A stretch of 32,000 nucleotides of DNA from Aquifex aeolicus VF5 (lineage in GTDB: Bacteria > Aquificota > Aquificia > Aquificales > Aquificaceae). The translations under genes were made by a program, and so were the position numbers. The DNA lies in assembly GCF_000008625.1 (NCBI RefSeq), contig NC_000918.1, positions 1,080,001-1,112,000 on the forward strand, in the 5' to 3' direction. A model generated the notes under the pieces. The model saw nothing but the letters and a program-made list of their open reading frames with translations. It searched no databases and was not told the origin of the DNA. Shown here one piece after another: positions 16,691 through 24,126 of the stretch (within the stretch, counting starts at the first letter, position 1; each line of letters begins with the position of its first letter).

Positions 16691-16847
16691 AATAAAGTGT
16701 ATAAACTTGCGAATTTCTCTTTTGAAAGAGACAGCAGGTAGTAAATCCTGTTCCATTTTCGGGACTCTCTGCAGAAACTGTATCACCTTTGCCTACTTTT
16801 GCTTGCTTCTGATGCAGCCTTGTGAGTCTGCTTATTTAAAGATATTC

Positions 16848-17636
16848 TCATTCTCTTAATCCTTCCTTGAGTTCCTTCACCAAGTTTCCTAAATCCTCTA
16901 TTTTCTTTTGTCCTGCTAATTTTACGAGAGCACTTCCCACGACCACTCCGTCAGCAAAGGAACCTATTTCTCTGGCATGTTCTTTTTTAGAAACTCCAAA
17001 GCCCACCACCACAGGCTTATCGCACAACTCCCTGTACTCCTCTACCTTTTTCTTTATCCTTTCGTATGGGAGTTTTTCCCTTGCCCCTGTGGTTCCAGTA
17101 ACGGAAACAAAGTAGGTCATCTCATCCGCAGCTTCGCATATTAGCTTTATACGCTTTCGGGTACTCGTGGGAGCACCCAAGGGAACGAAGGAGAGTACGT
17201 ACTTCTTCATCACCGCTTTTAGTTCTTCCGCTTCTTCTGGCGGTAGATCGGGAACAATAAAACCGTCTATTCCCTTTTCCCTTGAAAGCCTGCAGAACTT
17301 TTCAAGCCCTATCCTGAATATAGGGTTGTAGTAAGTCATCAATAGAAAGGGAATGTCCGGAAATTCTTTTCTCAGTGTTTCGGAGAGTTCCAGAACGTCT
17401 TCAAATCGTATCCCGTTTTTGAGGGCAACCTCATGGGCTACCTGAATTGTAGGGCCGTCCGCCACAGGATCCGAAAAGGGAAATCCTATTTCCAGTATGT
17501 CCGTTCCGTTTTTTAAAACTTCTTTGAAGGCCTTAAGAGAAGTTTCGTAGTCTGGATAACCCACCATGAGGTAAGAAACAAGGGCTTTTTCTCTTTTTTC
17601 CTTTAATTCTGTAAACTTATCGCTTATTCTTCCCAT
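16848..17636 (-). CDS. trpA: Tryptophan synthase alpha chain
   Basis: ALVSYLMVGYPD, EIGFPFSDPVADGPTIQ, YYNPIF, VPDLPPEE, YFVSVTGTTG and VGFGVS. ATG 17636 is preceded by GGGAAGTGA. The track start at 17648 is a TTG. It overlaps the osmC-like 3' end. Confidence 0.95.
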   Translation of the reverse strand: MGRISDKFTELKEKREKALVSYLMVGYPDYETSLKAFKEVLKNGTDILEIGFPFSDPVADGPTIQVAHEVALKNGIRFEDVLELSETLRKEFPDIPFLLMTYYNPIFRIGLEKFCRLSREKGIDGFIVPDLPPEEAEELKAVMKKYVLSFVPLGAPTSTRKRIKLICEAADEMTYFVSVTGTTGAREKLPYERIKKKVEEYRELCDKPVVVGFGVSKKEHAREIGSFADGVVVGSALVKLAGQKKIEDLGNLVKELKEGLRE

Positions 17637-18022
17637 TTCACTTCCCAAGAAATTTTTAAGTTTGTAGAAGGTTTTACCATGGCAAGGACGCTGCAGTACT
17701 TTTCCGTTGAAAGTTTTACCGCTTGCTCAAGGGCTTTTTCTTCAACTTTTCCGACTGCTACGTACTTTATTTCAATTTCTTCATAGATTTTTGGATGTTT
17801 TTCTCTTCTTTTTCCTTTTAAAAATATCTTTATGTCTTTTACTTCCTGCCTTTTTTTCTTTAAAATGTGGTAAACGTCAACACCGGAACAACTGCCGATG
17901 GAAACGAGGAGGAGTTCCATAGGGTTTAAACCTTTTTCTCCTGCGGTTATTTCCCCTATTGAGGTTTTTGAAAGGAATGTAGCTTCGCTGGAAAGTTCAA
18001 GTTCTACTTCTTTTACTTCCAT
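17624..18022 (-). CDS. OsmC/Ohr-family protein (putative peroxiredoxin/redox protein)
   Basis: NPMELLLVSIGSCSGVDV and EKYCSV give the two conserved Cys contexts of the OsmC fold, and the 132-aa size fits. Confidence 0.8.
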   Translation of the reverse strand: MEVKEVELELSSEATFLSKTSIGEITAGEKGLNPMELLLVSIGSCSGVDVYHILKKKRQEVKDIKIFLKGKRREKHPKIYEEIEIKYVAVGKVEEKALEQAVKLSTEKYCSVLAMVKPSTNLKISWEVKWEE

Positions 18023-18029
18023 AAAGAGG

Positions 18030-18035
18030 ATTATA
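18030..18035 (-). promoter_or_regulatory. Perfect TATAAT box 7 nt upstream of the osmC-like ATG (candidate leaderless promoter)
   Basis: The minus strand reads GGGCGGG-TATAAT-CCTCTTT-ATG. There is no SD between the box and the ATG at 18022. Confidence 0.4.
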
Positions 18036-18052
18036 CCCGCCCGAAGGCGGGT
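18035..18052 (-). terminator. GC-rich hairpin with a UUCG tetraloop downstream of the cytochrome c gene
   Basis: The minus-strand RNA is ACCCGCC-UUCG-GGCGGGU (7 bp, 6 G:C), starting 9 nt after the cytochrome c stop. The trailing sequence AUAAUCCUCUUU is only moderately U-rich. Confidence 0.55.
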
Positions 18053-18060
18053 GAAAGGAA

Positions 18061-18375
18061 TTATTTGTGAGAAAGGATAAAATCAGCTAGAGCCTTGAGT
18101 TCTGCGTCGGAGAGACCCTTTAACATGGTGAGCTGGGGCTTCATTATGGCTTCTTTTGCAGGGTCAACTATAGCGGGAGCTTCACCTTTTAAGAACTTGA
18201 TGAGTTGATCTTCTTTTCCAGCGTAAGCTTGAGCTATCTTCTTGAGAGAGGGCCCTACGGTATCAACGTTTGCTTGGTGGCAGGAACCACATCCCTTTTG
18301 CTGGAAGATTGCTTTTCCGTCAGCTGCGAAGGTAAGTCCTGCTACCGCAAGTCCTGCGAGAAGGAGCTTCTTCAT
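18061..18375 (-). CDS. Small monohaem c-type cytochrome (c552/c555 type) with a signal peptide
   Basis: Signal peptide MKKLLLAGLAVAGLTFA. Haem motif CGSCH (nt 18277-18291) and distal Met region IMKPQLTM. SD AAGGAGGTG upstream. Confidence 0.9.
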   Translation of the reverse strand: MKKLLLAGLAVAGLTFAADGKAIFQQKGCGSCHQANVDTVGPSLKKIAQAYAGKEDQLIKFLKGEAPAIVDPAKEAIMKPQLTMLKGLSDAELKALADFILSHK

Positions 18376-18412
18376 GATACCACCTCCTTAACAAACTTTC
18401 TTATAAAAGAAT

Positions 18413-18418
18413 ATTATA
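18413..18418 (-). promoter_or_regulatory. Candidate -10 (TATAAT) for the cytochrome c gene
   Basis: The minus strand reads AAAATTATAATATTC in the 48-bp fabI-cytochrome c spacer, about 38 nt upstream of the ATG. The -35 is poor. Confidence 0.3.
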
Positions 18419-18423
18419 ATTTT

Positions 18424-19236
18424 TCAATCTCCGTAAACTTCCTTTTTGATCTCCTCTTCTCTTCCAAAAACGCCCATTATGTGGTATCCGTTGTCCACGT
18501 GAACGACTTCTCCCGTTATAGCCCTTGCCCAATCACTACACAGGAAAACCGCCGTATCTCCCACGTCTTCAATAGTTATAGGTTTTCCGAAGGGATTTAC
18601 CTTAGTGGTGTGTTCCATTAGGAGGTGAAAACCCGTAATACTGTAAGCGGCAAGTGTTTTCACAGGTCCCGCGGATATTGCGTTTATCCTGTGACCGTGC
18701 TTTGCTATGTCATAGGCGAGGTACCTCACGGTGCTTTCAAGGGCGGCTTTTGCTATTCCCATAACGTTGTAGTGGGGAACTACCTTTTCAGCCCCGTAGT
18801 AAGAGAGTGTAACTATAGCTCCGTTCCTACCTTCCATAAGGGGAAGGAGTTCCCTCGTGAGGGCAATCAGAGAGTAAACCGAGATGTCCATCGCTATCTT
18901 GAAACCTTCCCTTGAGGTGTCTATCACTCCTCCTTTGAATTCTTCTTTAGGGGCGTAAGCTATAGAGTGCACTATTATGTCTAAACTTCCCCAGTTTTCC
19001 TCCAAGAACTTTTTCAGATTTTTAATGTCTTCGTCGAGTGAAACGTCACACTTTACTACTAAATCGCTTCCGAATCCTTTAGCTATTTCCCTTACCCTCT
19101 TTTCGAGCTTTGGGGTAGCGTAAGTAAAGGCGAGCTGTGCTCCTTCCCTGTGAAAGGATTTCGCTATACCGTAGGCTATGCTTCTTTCGTTCGCAACCCC
19201 GGTTATTAAAGCCCTTTTTCCTTCAAGCAGTCCCAT
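18424..19236 (-). CDS. fabI: Enoyl-[acyl-carrier-protein] reductase (NADH), FabI
   Basis: GKRALITGVANERSIAYGIAK, IVHSIAYAP, YNVMGIAKAALES (Tyr/Lys catalytic pair) and NAISAGPVKTLA. ATG 19236 (MGLLEGKRAL) is preceded by GGGGAGGTG. The track extension to 19281 is unlikely. Confidence 0.95.
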   Translation of the reverse strand: MGLLEGKRALITGVANERSIAYGIAKSFHREGAQLAFTYATPKLEKRVREIAKGFGSDLVVKCDVSLDEDIKNLKKFLEENWGSLDIIVHSIAYAPKEEFKGGVIDTSREGFKIAMDISVYSLIALTRELLPLMEGRNGAIVTLSYYGAEKVVPHYNVMGIAKAALESTVRYLAYDIAKHGHRINAISAGPVKTLAAYSITGFHLLMEHTTKVNPFGKPITIEDVGDTAVFLCSDWARAITGEVVHVDNGYHIMGVFGREEEIKKEVYGD

Positions 19237-19249
19237 AAACACCTCCCCT

Positions 19250-20044
19250 TTATTTGAGAATTTCGAAAGCTTCCTCAACACTTTTTCCTTCGTGGACGAT
19301 AAGGGACATAGCCCTTACCATCTTTGCAGGGTCTTTTGCCTGGAATATGTTCCTTCCTATGGAGAGACCTGCGGCTCCTGCCTGCATAGCCCCCTGCACC
19401 ATCTCAAGGACTTCCCTTTCGGACTTCATCTTCGGTCCGCCTGCGATTACCACGGGAATGGGAGAGCCTTCAATTGCGAGCTTAAAGGTTTCAGGGTCTC
19501 CCGTGTATGGAACCTTTACTATATCAGCTCCGAGCTCGGCTCCGACCCTTGCACAGTGTGCTACGACCTTTGGATCGTACTGGTTTTCTATCTTCGGACC
19601 CCTGCCGTACACCATGGCAAGTAATGGCATCTGCCACTCTTCACAAACCTTAGAAACGTAACCGAAGTCTTTTAACATTTCCCTTTCGCCTTCAGCCCCT
19701 ATGTTCACGTGTATGGAAACGGCATCCGCTCCAAGTCTGATAGCCTCTTCTACGGTACAAACAAGGACCTTATCGTTCTTTCTGGGCGACAGATCTGTGG
19801 ATGCGGAGAGGTGAACTATTAAACCTATATCCCTGCCCCTGCCTCTGTGTCCCGCTCTGACCATACCCTTGTGGAGGACTACCGCGTTTGCACCGCCTTC
19901 AGCTACCTTTTCAACGGCTTCCCTTATGTTTACTATTCCCTCTATGGGACCCGAACTGACACCGTGATCCATGGGAACTATGATCGTTTTTCTCGTTTCC
20001 CTGTTCATTATCCTTTCGAGTCTTATCTCTTTTCCTATTCCCAT
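19250..20044 (-). CDS. DhnA-type (archaeal-type) class I aldolase: fructose-bisphosphate aldolase or ADH synthase family
   Basis: [32 protein letters not shown] and [12 protein letters not shown] (Schiff-base Lys context), AGGPK and [20 protein letters not shown]. Confidence 0.85.
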
Positions 20045-20106
20045 TTTCTACCTCCGAGACCTTTAAAATAGTATCATACCGCCCTTTGTCGTTAAAATCA
20101 TGTTTA

Positions 20107-21069
20107 ATGTGGGTTTTGGGTGAACACGACGAGCCTTACAGAAAAGCGCGTGAAACAATACTAAAACTCGTAGGAAACACACCCCTCGTAAGAGTAAAAA
20201 AGTGTCTTCCAGAAGATATACCCGAGGACGTAGAAATCTGGGCAAAGTTAGAGAGTTTCAATCCCGGCGGTTCGGTAAAGGACAGACCTGCTCTCAGTAT
20301 GTTTCTGGACGCCTTAAAAAGGGGGCTTATTAAAGAGGGAAAAGTTGTAATAGACGCAACTTCCGGAAATACGGGAATAGCCCTCGCCATGGTTGGTGCA
20401 GCTCTCGGCGTTCCCGTGGAACTTGCCATGCCAGCAAACGTAAGTGAAGAGAGGAAGAAGATAATAAAAGCCTTCGGAGCGAAACTTTACCTTACCGATC
20501 CCCTTGAGGGTACCGATGGAGCTATCCTCTTTGTAAGGGAACTTGTTCAGAAGTACCCTGAAAAGTACGTGTACCTCGACCAATACAACAATCCAGCAAA
20601 CTGGAAAGCTCACTTTTACTCTACCGGTATAGAGATATGGAATCAAACTAAGGGGAGGATAACTCACTTCGTCGCAGGGATAGGAACAGGCGGAACGATA
20701 ATGGGAACGGGAAGGAGACTAAAGATTTACAACCCGAATATTCAAGTAATAGGAGTCCAGCCTGCGTATCCTTTTCACGGAATAGAAGGTTTAAAACACA
20801 TAGAGAGTTCAATAAAGCCGGGAATATTTGACGAGACCTTTCTGGACAGGACTATCTTCGTAGAGACGGAAGACGCCTACTACTGGGCAAGGGAGCTTGC
20901 AAAAAAGGACGCTATATTCGTAGGACAGTCATCGGGAGCGGCTCTCTGGGCATGCATTCAACTCGCAAGGGAACTTGCGAAAAAAGGTGAAAAGGGCGTA
21001 ATAGTTACCGTTTTTCCGGACGGAGGGGAGAAGTACCTCACCACGGCTCTTTTCTCTGACAAGGATTAA
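20107..21069 (+). CDS. cysM: Cysteine synthase (PLP-dependent, CysK/CysM family)
   Basis: LVGNTPLVRV, NPGGSVKDRPA (PLP Lys), TSGNTGIALA, GIGTGGTIMG and GQSSGAAL. The first ATG is 20107. The track start 20086 is a TTG, and there is no clear SD for either. Confidence 0.9.
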   Translation: MWVLGEHDEPYRKARETILKLVGNTPLVRVKKCLPEDIPEDVEIWAKLESFNPGGSVKDRPALSMFLDALKRGLIKEGKVVIDATSGNTGIALAMVGAALGVPVELAMPANVSEERKKIIKAFGAKLYLTDPLEGTDGAILFVRELVQKYPEKYVYLDQYNNPANWKAHFYSTGIEIWNQTKGRITHFVAGIGTGGTIMGTGRRLKIYNPNIQVIGVQPAYPFHGIEGLKHIESSIKPGIFDETFLDRTIFVETEDAYYWARELAKKDAIFVGQSSGAALWACIQLARELAKKGEKGVIVTVFPDGGEKYLTTALFSDKD

Positions 21070-21086
21070 TAAGTTTTTATTAGAAT
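21056..21086 (+). promoter_or_regulatory. Candidate promoter for the lapAB-like operon: -35-like CTGACA (21056-21061) and -10-like TAGAAT (21081-21086)
   Basis: The spacer is 19 nt. The -10 ends 10 nt before ATG 21097 and there is no SD, implying a very short or absent leader. Confidence 0.3.
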
Positions 21087-21096
21087 ATCCTACATT

Positions 21097-22194
21097 ATGG
21101 GGATAATAAAACTTCTCTTCGGATTCCTGTTCCTGATCTTCGCGGTAGCCTTCACTTACTACAACCTTCACATGACGGAAGTAAAGTTCTACAATTTCTC
21201 CCTCAAACTTCCCATGTTTATATTCTTTTTCCTAAGTGTTGGCATAGGGTTCTCCATACCTACAGCTTACTTTTTACTCCGTGAAAAGGCTCTGAAGAAG
21301 AGAGAAGAAAAGATTCTCCAGCTCCTTAATTTCTTCTGGAGGGATTACTTAGGGAAAGCCTTTGACCTATTGAGGAAGTTTCTCCTTATTGAAGAATTCA
21401 TGCCCTTTTACATAAGGACGAAAAAGGAATTCGGTGAAAGTCTGGACGTTCAACTCGACCTCTACAACAAGGGTATAGCGGAGACCGCTCTCGCGGAACT
21501 CACCTTCAGGAAGGATCTGGACGAGGCGAGAATTTTACTCGAAAACGCCCTCGGTAAGAACCAGAAAAACCAGAGGGCAAGGAAAATGCTGAGAAGCATC
21601 TACATGGTTCTGGAGGACTACGACAAGGCGGAGGAACTCCAGAGACAGATCCTGAAGGAAATCGAAAAAGAAAGAAAAGTTGAGGAACAAAGGGTTCTCG
21701 CTTCTATATTGGCTGAAAAGTACTCCAGAGAAAATGAAGAAGTTATTCTGAAAGAACTCTGGAGCCTCCCCGTATCCAAGACTTCGGGAGCTCTACTTTC
21801 AAGCATGGTAAACGGCGGTGAGGTTTTTGAAGCTGCCTTTAACCTTGGAATACTTCCCGAAGTTATAAAGATCATGGAGGAGAGAAATCTTCTCCAGCCC
21901 GAGCTCCTTAACTTAATTGAAAACAACTACAGGAGTGCCGTTCCCGACTACGTTCTTTATTACGTTTACTTAAAACTCAACATGAAGGAGAAACTAAAGG
22001 AATTGAACGTAACGCTTCCAGAGCTCAAACTCGTTAAAGACAAGTCTCCCGAACTTCTTGAACTTGTTGATATCTGGGAGTGTGAAGAGTGCGGAAAAGA
22101 GTACAATAAATACACGAGCGTTTGCAGGAATTGTTTGGGGGTGAATACCTTAAAAATTAAGAGGGTGGAGGAATATGATAATAGACCACTTTAA
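21097..22194 (+). CDS. LapA-like (two-TM) domain fused to a LapB/YciM-like TPR protein with a C-terminal rubredoxin-type zinc finger
   Basis: N-terminus IIKLLFGFLFLIFAVAFTYYNL...LPMFIFFFLSVGIGFSIPTAYFLL (LapA_dom-like). A helical TPR-like middle follows. The C-terminus is WECEECGKEYNKYTSVCRNCLG (CxxC...CxxC), as in LapB. Confidence 0.7.
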   Translation: MGIIKLLFGFLFLIFAVAFTYYNLHMTEVKFYNFSLKLPMFIFFFLSVGIGFSIPTAYFLLREKALKKREEKILQLLNFFWRDYLGKAFDLLRKFLLIEEFMPFYIRTKKEFGESLDVQLDLYNKGIAETALAELTFRKDLDEARILLENALGKNQKNQRARKMLRSIYMVLEDYDKAEELQRQILKEIEKERKVEEQRVLASILAEKYSRENEEVILKELWSLPVSKTSGALLSSMVNGGEVFEAAFNLGILPEVIKIMEERNLLQPELLNLIENNYRSAVPDYVLYYVYLKLNMKEKLKELNVTLPELKLVKDKSPELLELVDIWECEECGKEYNKYTSVCRNCLGVNTLKIKRVEEYDNRPL

Positions 22195-22747
22195 AAAGAC
22201 CGTTAAGTTCAAGATCGTTTACCACGGGCCCGCCCTCGCGGGCAAAACCACAAACGTCTCCCAGATAGCCAAGCTAAAGGGGGAGGACATCCTATCTTTT
22301 AACACGAAAGAGGAGAGAACCCTTGTTTTCGACATGACAAAGGAAGAGAGGAATGTCGGAGATTTTAAAGCTTCCTTCCTCATATACACAGTTCCCGGAC
22401 AGCACATCTACTCGGACATAAGGAAGATGGTAATGAGGGGCGTCGACGGTGTAGTTTTCGTAGTGGACTCTTCTGAAGGAAGACTGAAAGAAAATAAAGA
22501 GTTCATAGAAGTTTTGAGCGAAGATCTGAAACTCTACGGAAAGGAAATTGAAAGTACCCCAATTTTGCTCCAGTACAACAAGAGGGATCTTCCCCAAGCT
22601 CTGCCCGTTGAAGTTCTTCAGAAGGAGTTAAATCCTTTTAATTTTCCTTATACCGAAGCTGTAGCCTTGGAAGGCAAGGGCGTACAGGAGACCCTTGAAG
22701 AGATTATAAACCTAGTACTGGAGAACTTCGGGAGATTAATCAAATGA
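22175..22747 (+). CDS. mglA: MglA-family Ras-like small GTPase
   Basis: KIVYHGPALAGKTTN (P-loop), EERTLVFD (switch I), YTVPGQHIY (TVPGQ instead of DxxGQ, an MglA hallmark), GVDGVVFVVDS and QYNKRDLP (NKxD). SD GGTGGAGG. It overlaps the upstream gene by 20 nt. Confidence 0.85.
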   Translation: MIIDHFKKTVKFKIVYHGPALAGKTTNVSQIAKLKGEDILSFNTKEERTLVFDMTKEERNVGDFKASFLIYTVPGQHIYSDIRKMVMRGVDGVVFVVDSSEGRLKENKEFIEVLSEDLKLYGKEIESTPILLQYNKRDLPQALPVEVLQKELNPFNFPYTEAVALEGKGVQETLEEIINLVLENFGRLIK

Positions 22748-24126
22748 TAAGCGGGGATTTAAAAGGTCCGGGAGACTTGCTAGAAATACTGTCCGGTTTC
22801 CCCGCATCCAAAAGCGGTTACCTGAACCTGATAAGCAGGAACCTTTTTCTCTCTCTAAAACTCGAAAAAAGTAAGGTTAAGGGATTTTTCACAAATTACG
22901 AGGTTAAGAGTACAAAGAATCCTTTAAACGCATTAACCTTCGTACTTTCCGAAATGCTCTCCGACACGGAAGGTTACTTCTCCTTCGAGGAAAACACGGC
23001 GATAAGCGAATTCATTCCCGTGGACGAAGAACTCGAATCTCTGGTAATAAAAGCGACTATCGTAAGGAAGGAAATAGAGGAAATACTCCCCCTGATAATA
23101 ACTAGCAGTGCGGTTTTCACTTCGAAAAACGCGGAGTACAAAGATAGATCCCTCTTTGAAATCCTTTCAAACGCAGAAGATCCAATAGAAAAACTAAGGG
23201 AATTAAAGAATCTTCTTGAAAACGGAGAAGTAGAGGTAAAGGAACTTAAGGAAACGAGCAGTCTGGAAGAGCTGGGACTGGATTACATCCTTGAGTCCGT
23301 AGAGTACAAAAAGGTAAACCTCTTAAAGATACTGGAAGCTCTCAGAAACATGAAATTTACTGGATTTCTTGAAATAGAGGGTGACAGGAAAACGCTGTAC
23401 ACCTTCTTCAAGAAGGGAGAGATATTCGGTATTCATCCCGTGTCCGTGGAGATATTCGACTACCTCATGGAGTACTACAGTGAGTTTAAAGCGAGTATAG
23501 TTAAGTTAAAAGAGGAATTTGTAGAGACCTTTGCACAGGCTTTCATAGGAAAGCCCGTAATAGCCTCCGAGAGCAAGTACATATCCCTTGGAAAGTTGTT
23601 TTTAACTTTTTTGAGCTTGAGGGAAGAAGGCGTTTTAAAGATAATAAAAAATGGAGAAAGTTACATATTTATTTTCAGGAACGGAAAGCTCTTTTCCGCC
23701 AGAAAGACAAAGAGGTGGGAGGAAAACTGGAAGGTATTACTTCCCGACAGCCAATATACCTTTTTATACAGGGAAATATACTCTACTAACGTAAATTACC
23801 TCTTCTACGTATTTCTCTGGAATAAAATACTAAATGTAATAAAGAAACATTCCCTGAGGGATTCGGAAAACTTAGTGGTGAGAAAAACCGCCGAAATACC
23901 CTTTATTTACATGAAGAACGGCAGGATAGAAGTTTTAAAGAACTTGAACAAAAAAGAAGAAGGAGAAATTCTCAAATTCCTTCTGTTTATTACGGAAAAG
24001 GTTGTGAGCGAGATAGGAAGGGAAAAGTTTGAAAAGGAAATTGAAGAAGAACTCAAACCTTACACCGAAATCCTCAGAGTCCTGAACCTATCAACCGAGA
24101 TAAGTGCGGTAGAAGAAGCCCTATGA
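22744..24126 (+). CDS. Hypothetical 460-aa protein with three PATAN/DUF4388-like modules
   Basis: Modules lie at nt 22750-22992 (GDLKGPGDLLEILSGFPASKSGYLNL...GYFSFEE), 23311-23508 (VNLLKILEALRNMKFTGFLEIEGDRKTLYTFFKKGEIFGIH) and 23578-23703 (ISLGKLFLTFLSLREEGVLKIIKNGESYIFIFRNGKLFSA). ATGA overlaps occur at both ends. Confidence 0.6.
   Translation: MISGDLKGPGDLLEILSGFPASKSGYLNLISRNLFLSLKLEKSKVKGFFTNYEVKSTKNPLNALTFVLSEMLSDTEGYFSFEENTAISEFIPVDEELESLVIKATIVRKEIEEILPLIITSSAVFTSKNAEYKDRSLFEILSNAEDPIEKLRELKNLLENGEVEVKELKETSSLEELGLDYILESVEYKKVNLLKILEALRNMKFTGFLEIEGDRKTLYTFFKKGEIFGIHPVSVEIFDYLMEYYSEFKASIVKLKEEFVETFAQAFIGKPVIASESKYISLGKLFLTFLSLREEGVLKIIKNGESYIFIFRNGKLFSARKTKRWEENWKVLLPDSQYTFLYREIYSTNVNYLFYVFLWNKILNVIKKHSLRDSENLVVRKTAEIPFIYMKNGRIEVLKNLNKKEEGEILKFLLFITEKVVSEIGREKFEKEIEEELKPYTEILRVLNLSTEISAVEEAL

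Noticed and set aside
16716-16731. Small palindrome tctctt-ttga-aagaga considered as a terminator in the trpA-ppa spacer
   Set aside because: It has only 6 bp, mostly A:T, with no U tract on the transcribed strand. It is unlikely to be stable at high growth temperature.
19178-19661. + strand ORFs of 148 and 135 aa
   Set aside because: They are antisense to the fabI 5' end and the aldolase gene, with no motifs and no SD.
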